64,000 bases of DNA from positions 724,562 through 788,561 of the forward strand of contig OY969413.1 in assembly GCA_963699165.1 (NCBI GenBank), given 5' to 3'. The notes under the pieces were generated by a model. It was not told where the DNA came from. It did no database searches and worked only from the letters and a program-made list of their open reading frames with translations. The position numbers were made by a program, and so were the translations under genes. The stretch comes from Candidatus Kaiserbacteria bacterium (GTDB lineage: Bacteria; Patescibacteriota; Minisyncoccia; Phycocordibacterales; Phycocordibacteraceae). Of the stretch, positions 1 through 7,846 are shown piece by piece (position 1 is the first letter of the stretch; each line of letters begins with the position of its first letter).

Positions 1-145
1 ACATCATCGGTTTTTTAAAAACTGCCCTTAAACATCTCGGCTGGAAGCCCCATCGATTACGCCCCTGCTCCTTTTTTGCTTCCGACCACCTAGGGCAGTT
101 TTTTGTACTCGAATGCAGTTACATGTGAAATCGGTTCACGTGTAA

Positions 146-1627
146 CTAACAAACATGATGTTTCTTCATTATGTTTCTGACCTCCTCGTCTTCTGCCTCC
201 TCTCGCCGCTGCTTACCGGTTTCGCCTAACTCTCGAAGGTTATCGTCAGTCATTTTTAAGAGCATTTCTGCCCGCTTATCTAGGTATTCCCTAGTGTTTC
301 TGGTTGAATCGTCCAGCACCTCTTCAAGGAGAGCATTGAGAACATACCCTATTCTGGGACCCGGTTTCTCGTAAAACTTCTCCATAATCCTATTTCCATC
401 GACCTTCAACATTTTCACCGATATTGGGTCGCGAAGGGCCTGCTCAACCATCGCCTTATATTTTCGAAAGCGAAAAGGTTGCTCTTTTGGACGGCCCGTG
501 CCGATGCGGTCGCAAATGCGCAAATTTAGCAAATCCCATATATTCGCTTCACCAACATTATTTATCATTCTTCGAACCGCAGATAAGGTGATTTGGTCGG
601 GATCAGAGAAAAACATGTGCCATCGGACCAACTTCGTAACCTTTTCTATGATTTCACGTGAAAAGCGCAAGTCCTCGAGTGCCTTTTTTGTTACACGTGA
701 ACCAACCACCTCGTGGCCATGGAAAGTCCACTCATGTTTTTCGTCTGACCAGCGGCGGGTCTCCGGCTTTGCAACGTCATGAAAGAGACCAGCCAGACGG
801 ACATCGAAGCTATAATCCTTATCCGCAGCGTGCTGCATTGTGCGCATGAGATGCTCAAAAACATCGTAGCTATGAGCTTGGTTTTGCTCAATTCCTATGC
901 CCCGCACTAAGTCCGGTGAAATAAACGTTAGAATATCGAGCTGCCTTGCGAGGAGCAGCGCATTCATCGGCTGGCTCGAATTAAGTATTCTAATGAGCTC
1001 ATCCCTAACCCTTTCACGTGAAACGTGTCTCAAATGCTTGCTATTTTCCTTTATCGCCATCGCGGTGTCGCCTTCAATGCCAAATCCAAGTTCTGCGACA
1101 AGACGTACGGCGCGCAGCATGCGGAGGGCATCTTCGTTGAATCGTTCCGAGGGATCTCCTACTGCCCGCACTATTTTGTCCTTTATGTCCTTTTGACCGT
1201 CATACGGATCAGTTAGATGTCCTTTAGAATCATCGAGCGCAATTGCATTCATTGTGAAGTCGCGGCGAGCAAGATCTTCGAGCAGGGAAGTGCCAAACTC
1301 AACTTTGTCCGGCCGCCGCTTGTCCGAATACTCGGACTCGGTCCGGAACGGCGTAACCTCAACGATTGCGAGTTTTTCATTTTCGGAACCTGTCTTTACT
1401 CCGACGGTTCCATAATCGTTTTCATAAAAAGAGTCAGGAAATACGGCCTGAATCTGTTCAGGGTTTGCATTGGTCGTGATATCCCAATCCTTAGGTTCAC
1501 GGCCTAAAATAAGGTCGCGAACGCATCCGCCGACCAAATACGCCTCGTAACCTGCGTTCCGCAGGCCGTCTGAAACTGCCGATATTTCCTTCGGTATCCT
1601 CTGCAGCATACGGGAATCGTAGCACAA
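146..1627 (-). CDS. cca: CCA-adding tRNA nucleotidyltransferase / poly(A) polymerase family with C-terminal HD domain
   Basis: N-terminal GGCVRDLILGREPKDWDITT nucleotidyltransferase motif; HD-domain-like region (HDVAKPE); 493-aa ORF. Confidence 0.85.
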   Translation of the reverse strand: MCYDSRMLQRIPKEISAVSDGLRNAGYEAYLVGGCVRDLILGREPKDWDITTNANPEQIQAVFPDSFYENDYGTVGVKTGSENEKLAIVEVTPFRTESEYSDKRRPDKVEFGTSLLEDLARRDFTMNAIALDDSKGHLTDPYDGQKDIKDKIVRAVGDPSERFNEDALRMLRAVRLVAELGFGIEGDTAMAIKENSKHLRHVSRERVRDELIRILNSSQPMNALLLARQLDILTFISPDLVRGIGIEQNQAHSYDVFEHLMRTMQHAADKDYSFDVRLAGLFHDVAKPETRRWSDEKHEWTFHGHEVVGSRVTKKALEDLRFSREIIEKVTKLVRWHMFFSDPDQITLSAVRRMINNVGEANIWDLLNLRICDRIGTGRPKEQPFRFRKYKAMVEQALRDPISVKMLKVDGNRIMEKFYEKPGPRIGYVLNALLEEVLDDSTRNTREYLDKRAEMLLKMTDDNLRELGETGKQRREEAEDEEVRNIMKKHHVC

Positions 1628-1669
1628 CGCGTCTGGTTTTTTCGGGTTTGTGCCGTAGTATGCAGGTAA

Positions 1670-1741
1670 GCCCTCGTGGTGAAATGGATATCACATCTGA
1701 CTTCGGATCAGACATTCCGGGTTCGAATCCTGGCGGGGGCA
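1670..1741 (+). tRNA. tRNA-Arg (anticodon TCG)
   Basis: Manual cloverleaf: acceptor GCCCTCG/CGGGGGC (one G-U), D-stem GTGA/TCAC, anticodon stem TCTGA/TCAGA with loop CTTCGGA, T-arm CCGGG-TTCGAAT-CCTGG, discriminator A; no encoded CCA. Confidence 0.75.
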
Positions 1742-1926
1742 CAAAACGAACGCAGTTAGATTTGTGCCCCGAAGCACGCCTCGGGGAGGCGTGCGTCCAG
1801 GATTCGAAGACCATGAGAGCATTTTATCGAGCATTCATATGCGAAGAGAAAATCCTCGTTCTCCAAGAGTCATTCTGCTGAATGAGGTGTACTGAAACTG
1901 TAAGTTTCGAATCCTGGTCGGGGCAC
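1742..1926 (+). repeat. tRNA-linked structured repeat unit R1 (Arg version): antisense copy of tRNA-Arg 3' end split by GC hairpin, AT-rich stem-loops, then direct copy of tRNA 3' end
   Basis: TTTGTGCCCC-[GCACGCCTCGGGGAGGCGTGC hairpin]-TCCAGGATTCGAA is the reverse complement of the tRNA-Arg T-arm/acceptor; GTTTCGAATCCTGGTCGGGGCAC at 1904-1926 is a direct near-copy of the tRNA 3' end. Confidence 0.6.
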
Positions 1927-1966
1927 TAGAAATTGAACGGGGGAACGTGCTATCATGGCGCACAGC

Positions 1967-2037
1967 GCGGGTATGGTTCAATGGTAGAACATCTGGTTGC
2001 CAATCAGATGATGGGAGTTCGATTCTCCCTACCCGCA
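1967..2037 (+). tRNA. tRNA-Gly (anticodon GCC)
   Basis: Acceptor GCGGGTA/TACCCGC perfect, D-arm GTTC-AATGGTA-GAAC, anticodon stem TCTGG/TCAGA loop TTGCCAA, T-arm GGGAG-TTCGATT-CTCCC, discriminator A. Confidence 0.85.
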
Positions 2038-2207
2038 CATACGAACAACGTGAGGATGTGCGGGTAAGCAGCCGCCTGCGCGGCTTGCGAGGGAGAATCG
2101 AAGGCCGCAGCGATATTCGGCTAGCAAGCCGAACCGCGAGGAGGGGCCGAGAAAATTCGTGAGCGGCGGCGAACGAATTATTCGTGGCCGATTCTCCCTA
2201 CCCGCAC
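2038..2207 (+). repeat. tRNA-linked structured repeat unit R2 (Gly-GCC version)
   Basis: TGTGCGGGTAAG-[CAGCCGCCTGCGCGGCTTG hairpin]-CGAGGGAGAATCGAAGGCC is antisense of the tRNA-Gly 3' end; two further hairpins (GCCGCAGCG..., GAGAAAATTCGT...ACGAATTATTC); ends with direct copy GATTCTCCCTACCCGCA. Confidence 0.6.
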
Positions 2208-2255
2208 CGAAGGAGGCCATAAGAAAATCGAGTAATCTCGTTTTTTCTTATGCGC

Positions 2256-2293
2256 CGAACGAGGTGACGGGTATGGACATTTCCATACACGCA
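2256..2293 (+). pseudogene. degenerate tRNA-Gly remnant (5' acceptor GGGTATGG ... CCATACACGCA)
   Basis: GGGTATGGACATTTCCATACACGCA mimics the start and end of the upstream tRNA-Gly(GCC) with the middle deleted; preceded by AAGAAAA...TTTTTTCTT hairpin. Confidence 0.35.
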
Positions 2294-2398
2294 CATACGA
2301 ACAACGTGAGGATGTGCGGGTAAGCAAGCCGCCGGTGCGGCTTGCGAGGGAGAATTGAAGGCTCGAATGCGTACTCGCCGGTTCTCCCCATGCCCGCA
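2294..2398 (+). repeat. tRNA-linked structured repeat unit R3 (shortened Gly-GCC version)
   Basis: CATACGAACAACGTGAGGATGTGCGGGTAAGCAAGCCGCCGGTGCGGCTTGCGAGGGAGAATTGAAGG ... GGTTCTCCCCATGCCCGCA; same architecture as R2 with one hairpin missing. Confidence 0.5.
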
Positions 2399-2509
2399 AT
2401 TCACCTTTCCACCCCATCTTCATCTTAAGTTCCGAATATGCTTTATATAAGCCGTTTTTGCTTGTCTTTTGGTTATGTGGTAGAAGTGGATAAAGGTGTT
2501 AACACTGGG

Positions 2510-2533
2510 GATAAGAGACATTTGTCTCTTATC
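2510..2533. promoter_or_regulatory. perfect 11-bp inverted repeat GATAAGAGACA-tt-TGTCTCTTATC (operator-like) upstream of yraN
   Basis: Seen directly in sequence about 60 nt upstream of the GTG start of the YraN-family gene. Confidence 0.3.
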
Positions 2534-2590
2534 TTTGGGTGCAGAAATGTCTGCTGTATACTTAGTAAATGAGCCGTTTTTCTAAAAGCC

Positions 2591-2986
2591 GTGGACGTTT
2601 CATCTAAGAGCCGCAAGGAAGTCGGGGCACTTGGGGAGAATGTCGCCTCCGAGTATCTGAGGCGGCGTGGTTTCTCGATTAGAGACCGCAACGTCGCGCG
2701 GAAAACCGGGGAGTTGGATATTGTTGCCAGAAAAGGCGACACGCTCCACTTTGTGGAGGTGAAGACGATGCTTGCTGATGCCTTCCCAAATGACACGGCG
2801 AAGTCCGATGAATATGATCCCTCCCTCAATTTGCACGAGGCAAAAATCAGGAAGGTCGCACGGACCGGCGAATGGTATGTCCTTGAGAACGATTGGGAAG
2901 GGGATTGGCAGGTTGATGGCTGCCTCGTTTGGATACGCCGACATGACGGCATGGCGTTTGTACGCTACCTGCCGCAAATTGTTTGA
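2591..2986 (+). CDS. yraN: YraN/UPF0102-family endonuclease-like protein
   Basis: GELDIVARKGDTLHFVEVKT motif matches the UPF0102 GE-x-D-hhA...hhFVEVK signature; GTG start. Confidence 0.65.
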   Translation: MDVSSKSRKEVGALGENVASEYLRRRGFSIRDRNVARKTGELDIVARKGDTLHFVEVKTMLADAFPNDTAKSDEYDPSLNLHEAKIRKVARTGEWYVLENDWEGDWQVDGCLVWIRRHDGMAFVRYLPQIV

Positions 2987-3016
2987 TTTCCCCTCACTAC
3001 CCCATATATGGTAGTA

Positions 3017-3196
3017 TTTCGCTCCGCTACGTTCGGGCCGCCGAGATTGGTCACGAATCTCGCCTCGCCGTCGCTCGGACTCGTTCGCGACCCCGCCTCG
3101 TCGTTTCGCCTGCTGGCGAAACATGACTGCGGCATTCAATTCTCGACGCATTGCGCGCAGGCGCAATGCTACGCCCCTCACTCCGCTCCGCTACGT
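3017..3196 (-). repeat. tRNA-linked structured repeat unit R6 (Pro version, minus orientation)
   Basis: On minus strand after tRNA-Pro: antisense T-arm TCGAGAATTGAATGCC, hairpins TTGCGCCTGCGCGCAA and GTTTCGCCAGCAGGCGAAAC (the latter identical to a hairpin in R4), GAGATTCGTGACCAATCTC, then direct copy GGCGGCCCGAACGTAGCGGAGCG of the tRNA-Pro 3' end. Confidence 0.55.
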
Positions 3197-3267
3197 TCGG
3201 GCCGCCGAGAATTGAACTCGGTCTGCCTGCTCCCAAAGCAGGTGTACTACCGGCATACTCCGGCCCG
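3197..3267 (-). tRNA. tRNA-Pro (anticodon TGG)
   Basis: Reverse complement gives acceptor CGGGCCG/CGGCCCG, anticodon stem CCTGC/GCAGG loop TTTGGGA, T-arm CCGAG-TTCAATT-CTCGG, discriminator A. Confidence 0.7.
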
Positions 3268-3428
3268 TCATACGAGATGGCATCATCCTGCGACGCCAGT
3301 ATGCAGTCCACAAACACTTTTCGTCCTTCAAGCACACCCTGCTTAGCGTTGCGAGCGCAGGACCAATCGCAATGCCATTTCGTGTGCACGGGCTCCGGCC
3401 CGTTATCTGCATCCTAACAGCTTTATTC

Positions 3429-4670
3429 TTATTGTGGCAATTGCGCGGCGATGACCGCTTCGAGCGAAGGCAACTGCGCCGCGAAGTTTGAAAGAGCAGT
3501 TGCTGTCGGTTCGGATATGAGTTGGTCAATCGGCTGTCCCGTTTCACTTGCGTATTCAGCCCGAACATAGGACGCGCTGATTGCATTTAGAGAACGCGAA
3601 TCCGTCGCGCCCTGCACCGTACTCGTGGTAATCGTACCAACGAGTTCGCCGGAAGCATCAGACACGCCGCCGCCTGAAGAACCTTCCTGCGCGGCCGCCG
3701 AACCGCCGAGCGCAAGCACGTCAACCGAACGCACGGCAAATGTGAGCACTTGCTTTATCGAACCGAACACGATGGTGGGGAAGAGATCGGACTGGATTTG
3801 GCTCGTATCAAGAAACTGCGCGCCATACGAAGCAATGACTACGGGCGTATTTGCAGCCGGTGGCGATTCGGCCAGCGCTATTGACGGGAACGAAGCGGGA
3901 AGGGGATGGGTTGTTTCGCTTTTTGTAATGGCAAGAAGCGCGAAGTCATACTGGCCGGTTCCGCTCGGATTTGCCTGCGTCAGCACGCTTTTGTTCGTTT
4001 GCAGCCAAATGGTTGGAATGTAGATAAGCGCCGCACTGTAACTGTCCACGGCCGGACTGCCGGTGCGGATGCTGCAACTCACATTTTTATCGACCAGAAG
4101 AAAATATTGCGCGATGTGCGCATTGGTGAGAATGATGCCTTTCGGGTCGATGATGACGCCGCTGCCGGAAATGGAATGCAGGCCGCTGTTCGCCGGTACA
4201 TAACAAAGAATATTTACGAGCGCGCCGCGAAGCAGAGCGGCCGACGCATTAAGCTGCGCATCCGCGGATTCGGAAAGAACCGTTGCCTGCGCAGGCGTGG
4301 AAGAGGGAACCGGGGAAGTCGGAGTCGAAATCGTCATCGGCGATGCGGGCGAAGTTGCCGAAGTGGGGTTTGTCTTCTTTTGATCGGCAACCGGCGCGGA
4401 ACTTGCGGCCGACTTTGCCGTTTCGGTTTTCGGCGCAATCTCTCCGCTAGAGGTTGCATTCTCGGTATTCTGCCTTTGAGTCGTCGAGTATTGAGGGGCG
4501 GGGGTCTTCTCGTGCACAATATTTAGTCCTGGCAGCGTTGTGCTTGTAATGTGCCCGTTCGACGCGGGCGCTTGAAATACGGATGGGCCGCCGATAAAAA
4601 TTGCGGCAAAACCGCCGACGACGAGAGCGGCCGCGATGCCGAGATAGGGAGTAAATCTCTCCACTTCCAT
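3429..4670 (-). CDS. membrane-anchored trypsin-like (S1/HtrA-like) serine protease with Ser/Thr/Pro-rich linker
   Basis: N-terminal TM helix; GSGVIIDPKGIILTNAHI (His region) and GSSGGGV (catalytic Ser GxSGG) motifs. Confidence 0.6.
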   Translation of the reverse strand: MEVERFTPYLGIAAALVVGGFAAIFIGGPSVFQAPASNGHITSTTLPGLNIVHEKTPAPQYSTTQRQNTENATSSGEIAPKTETAKSAASSAPVADQKKTNPTSATSPASPMTISTPTSPVPSSTPAQATVLSESADAQLNASAALLRGALVNILCYVPANSGLHSISGSGVIIDPKGIILTNAHIAQYFLLVDKNVSCSIRTGSPAVDSYSAALIYIPTIWLQTNKSVLTQANPSGTGQYDFALLAITKSETTHPLPASFPSIALAESPPAANTPVVIASYGAQFLDTSQIQSDLFPTIVFGSIKQVLTFAVRSVDVLALGGSAAAQEGSSGGGVSDASGELVGTITTSTVQGATDSRSLNAISASYVRAEYASETGQPIDQLISEPTATALSNFAAQLPSLEAVIAAQLPQ

Positions 4671-4702
4671 AAGGTAACCTAAAAATGGTATCCTCGCATT
4701 AC

Positions 4703-4773
4703 GCGGGATTAGTTTAATGGTAGAACGTCAGTTTTCCAAACTGAGAGCAGGAGTTCGATTCTCCTATCCCGCA
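4703..4773 (+). tRNA. tRNA-Gly (anticodon TCC)
   Basis: Acceptor GCGGGAT/ATCCCGC, anticodon stem TCAGT/ACTGA loop TTTCCAA, T-arm AGGAG-TTCGATT-CTCCT, discriminator A. Confidence 0.85.
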
Positions 4774-4944
4774 CATACGAACGAAGTGAGAATATGCGGG
4801 ATAAACAAGCCGCCTGCGCGGCTTGTGTGGAGAATCGAAGGCCGCAGCGATGTTTCGCCAGCAGGCGAAACCGCGAGGCGGGGCCGAGAAAATTCGTGAG
4901 TGACGACGAACGAATTATTCCTGGCCGGTTCTCCTATCCCGCAC
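4774..4944 (+). repeat. tRNA-linked structured repeat unit R4 (Gly-TCC version)
   Basis: CATACGAACGAAGTGAGAATATGCGGGATAAAC-[AAGCCGCCTGCGCGGCTT]-GTGTGGAGAATCGAAGGCC antisense to the tRNA 3' end; hairpins GTTTCGCCAGCAGGCGAAAC and GAGAAAATTCGT..ACGAATTATTC; ends GGTTCTCCTATCCCGCAC (direct copy). Confidence 0.6.
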
Positions 4945-5111
4945 AAAACGAGTCCACGAGATTTTGTGCGGGATTGAGCGGGACGCGGGGCGTCCCGCTC
5001 GGAGAATCGAAGGCCGGAGGCGCGACGGCGCCGAGGCGGGGTCGCGCAAATTTTCAGCAGAAAATTATGCGTGACCGAAAGGTGTAATCACCGGTTCTCC
5101 TATCCCGCACA
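4945..5111 (+). repeat. tRNA-linked structured repeat unit R5 (Gly-TCC version, variant)
   Basis: AAAACGAGTCCACGAGATTTTGTGCGGGAT-[GCGGGACGCGGGGCGTCCCGC hairpin]-TCGGAGAATCGAAGGCC ... GGTTCTCCTATCCCGCAC; layout parallels R1. Confidence 0.55.
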
Positions 5112-5159
5112 AATCACCATCAAGAAACCGGTTAAGCATTTCAGCAAAAGTGTTACTAT

Positions 5160-6476
5160 TTGCATAAATTGCCATTAGGAAAAGTTATGGGAAAAATGCA
5201 TCATGGAGAGAGAATTAATCCGCCTCACGAGAAACCTCCCGAGGAGGAAGCGAGAATTCCTGAACAACCCAGAGAAGGAACGCGGGGAAATATCGAGTTC
5301 GTGCCGGAGAATACGTTGGACGCAATAGACGTTGAAGATTTGACTCGTAAACTTTCCAAACTTGATTTTACCAATGACAGTGAGAATAACGTTGCACAGC
5401 TCCGGGATTTTATAAATTTTGACCTTAATCCGAGCGGGACACTTGGATTTCTGGATATTTTGCTTGCTTTGCGAACTGTCGCAAAGCAAGCGTTTGAACA
5501 GGATGGAATATCCGCACCACTCTATTGGACTATATTGGATTATTTTCAGACACGCGAGTCGCTTCCAAAACCATTTGGAACACCGGACGAATTAAACGAC
5601 GACGGTTACGTAGAAGACGGTTTCATCTATACAATCTTGAAAAAGAAGCTCTCCGAAGAACTTGTTACTTTCGCTCACAAACGCGAACGGGGTGCTGATG
5701 AAAGAGCTGTTTTTGTGCCGAGCGACAATACGAAGTTGGACGAAGAGGATGCCGCATTCCTGCATATCTTGAAAGAAAACCATATTACTGATGCCGTTGA
5801 ACATAAACTCGGGATAAAACTTGAAAATCTTGGCGAGCTCGCTCAAATCCGATTTCTTTCATACATTGCAGGACAATCGAACGAGGGCATGGATTGGACT
5901 GCGGAATTGTTCGAAAAGTACACCGAGGAAGAGCGCATACAAATATGCTACACGCTGCTTGCCTTTACGGAATATCCGGAATTAAGTTATACGCTTTTTT
6001 CTTTTTGCGAAGACCCGGAGTATGCGCGGCCGGTCATTAAAATCGTATCGGATATATTGCGGAATGTCGACAAAACGGAAGAATTTTTACGCGCCGAATT
6101 CAAATCGGAAGGGGATCATAAGGCAATTGATTTGCTCCGAAAGAAATTGATTGAGCGGGCAGATTCAGTGCTAAATACATACTTGCGTGCGTGGTATGGC
6201 TATCGTCATAAAGAATATGAAATATCGGAAGAAAATACCGATAGTAAAAAATTACCGGCCGGCGAAAAAGAACGCATTGCGGCAGAAATCGAGGAGTTAA
6301 AAAATGCATTGGCCGAGAAAGCGAAACGTGATCTTCAATACGCCAATGCCGACCAAGTGCTTTTCATGAACGCTTTTAAAACGTTAAAAGATCAAGGGAA
6401 GCTGCGCCTCGAAGATGTGCGAGGCGTTTCGCTTGTGACTGGAAGGTACCCCTTTCTTCGTACACTCATTCTATAA
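5160..6476 (+). CDS. hypothetical acidic protein (438 aa), no recognisable motif
   Basis: Long ORF with coding-like composition between the tRNA/repeat cluster and IS3 element. Confidence 0.45.
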   Translation: MHKLPLGKVMGKMHHGERINPPHEKPPEEEARIPEQPREGTRGNIEFVPENTLDAIDVEDLTRKLSKLDFTNDSENNVAQLRDFINFDLNPSGTLGFLDILLALRTVAKQAFEQDGISAPLYWTILDYFQTRESLPKPFGTPDELNDDGYVEDGFIYTILKKKLSEELVTFAHKRERGADERAVFVPSDNTKLDEEDAAFLHILKENHITDAVEHKLGIKLENLGELAQIRFLSYIAGQSNEGMDWTAELFEKYTEEERIQICYTLLAFTEYPELSYTLFSFCEDPEYARPVIKIVSDILRNVDKTEEFLRAEFKSEGDHKAIDLLRKKLIERADSVLNTYLRAWYGYRHKEYEISEENTDSKKLPAGEKERIAAEIEELKNALAEKAKRDLQYANADQVLFMNAFKTLKDQGKLRLEDVRGVSLVTGRYPFLRTLIL

Positions 6477-6486
6477 GTATAGGATA

Positions 6487-7269
6487 CTATGCTCTGCTCA
6501 GAGCAACAAACTCTCTTGGCGCCATACGCAGTGCTGAGTGAATGCGAGCGGTATTGTGATAGTGGATGGTGAGGTAGATCTCAGCCACTAATTCACCTAA
6601 CGTGTCGAATCGGTTCGGATCACCCAGGTCAATCTTGAACCCTTTGTAGAAGGACTCTTGGTAGCCATTCTCCCAGGGACATCCAGGACGAGACATAGAT
6701 TGCTGTATGCCGATCGTTGCCACGAGCATCGCATAATCCTTTGAGGCATACTCGCTGCCTTGATCCGAATGGATGACACGAGGTGGCGATTTGTGATGTA
6801 GCGCAGAGAGAAGTGCATTCATGATGAGTTGCGTGCTGTGGGTGGTGAGGACTGACACACCGACAATCTCTCGGGAATAGACGTCAAGGATGGTAGCGAC
6901 GTATACCCAGTACCCGTGGTACTTGAGGTAGGTGAAGTCACTCGCCCAGATGTCACCGTCCTGCTCGGGAGTTTGATGGAGCAAGAAGTTCGGGAATATA
7001 CTGTCTTTTGTCTTTAGCACAAATCGCTTCTTTGCGGTCCTCCGATATGGTTTGATACCGAACAATTTCATCACACGCAGAATGCGCTTTTTGTTGACTT
7101 TGAGGTAGAGTGCCAACCGTTTGTGCCCATAGGCGGGATGGCTATGCAGAGCTTCTTCGATGAGTTGCTTTGTGTGCCAATCCCTCCGAGCCTGCTTCGG
7201 CTCGTAGTACAGCGTACTGCGAGCAATACCGCTCTCGCGTGCAAGAGCACTCTTGTTTTCTCTCATCAA
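6487..7269 (-). CDS. IS3-family transposase OrfB (integrase catalytic core)
   Basis: DDE-region motifs WASDFTY, HSDQGSEYAS, C-terminal DLGDPNRFDTLGELVAEIY. Confidence 0.8.
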   Translation of the reverse strand: MMRENKSALARESGIARSTLYYEPKQARRDWHTKQLIEEALHSHPAYGHKRLALYLKVNKKRILRVMKLFGIKPYRRTAKKRFVLKTKDSIFPNFLLHQTPEQDGDIWASDFTYLKYHGYWVYVATILDVYSREIVGVSVLTTHSTQLIMNALLSALHHKSPPRVIHSDQGSEYASKDYAMLVATIGIQQSMSRPGCPWENGYQESFYKGFKIDLGDPNRFDTLGELVAEIYLTIHYHNTARIHSALRMAPREFVALSRA

Positions 7270-7526
7270 GAGCCCCTTTTTTCTCCGTTTGAGAGTTTAA
7301 ACGTCAATTCTCCGATGAGTGCTTTAAGGAGACCGTTCTCCTTCTTCACTCTGTTGTGCTCAATGATACTCACTCCTTTTGCAGAGGTGCCAAGCCAAGC
7401 ATAGATAGTGACGGTACTGACTCCGTGTTCTTTCGCTGCCTCAGCGACACTGATGCCATCGTTTTTGATACGGTTGATAATCTGCTCCTTAATCTCAGGA
7501 GCAATACGGTATGCTTTCTTTGCCAT
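7266..7526 (-). CDS. IS3-family transposase OrfA (HTH)
   Basis: Small HTH protein (ISVAEAAKEHGVSTVTIYAWL) immediately upstream of and overlapping orfB. Confidence 0.75.
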   Translation of the reverse strand: MAKKAYRIAPEIKEQIINRIKNDGISVAEAAKEHGVSTVTIYAWLGTSAKGVSIIEHNRVKKENGLLKALIGELTFKLSNGEKRGS

Positions 7527-7846
7527 AGGTACATTCTAAATTAGCTGCTGGTATTTAGAATGAGTGTCCGACGTTTGGGGTACCTTGCACAGCGGCTCGT
7601 GATTCCTCTTCGCCTGCATGATTTCACGCGCAACACGCACATATTATTTTGCGGCTGCCGGAACTCGTGCGGGTAAGAGGGATCGCATTTGCGATTCCTA
7701 AGCAAAGGCTTGTCTGTGTGCCCGAGAAACACAGAATGTGCGGACGAGACAATGTGCATAATCTTTTGCACATATCTTGCTCGAAGGAGCATCCTGCCGT
7801 GGTCGTCATTACCATGGGTCCGTCAGGAATCCCTAAGGAGGGAAAA

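Larger units (their letters stand above)
6480..7560 (-). mobile_element. IS3-family insertion sequence (copy 1), orfA/orfB with -1 frameshift
   Basis: orfA (HTH) 7266-7526 overlapping orfB (rve/DDE, HSDQGSEYAS) 6487-7269; slippery A-AAA-AAG heptamer at the overlap; boundaries approximate. Confidence 0.7.

Noticed and set aside
1742-1830. Possible second tRNA on the minus strand (GGTCTTCGAATCCTGG looked T-arm-like)
   Set aside because: No consistent acceptor/T-stem pairing. The segment is explained as the antisense copy of the tRNA-Arg 3' end with inserted hairpin.
1497-2423. Multiple 60-105-aa ORFs across the tRNA/repeat cluster
   Set aside because: They overlap bona fide tRNA genes and highly structured GC-rich repeats. 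Translations are Arg/Gly-rich junk.
1670-5111. CRISPR array hypothesis for the tRNA-linked repeats
   Set aside because: Units are 105-185 nt, not 25-40 nt repeats with unique spacers. Repeat arms vary with the neighbouring tRNA. No cas genes.
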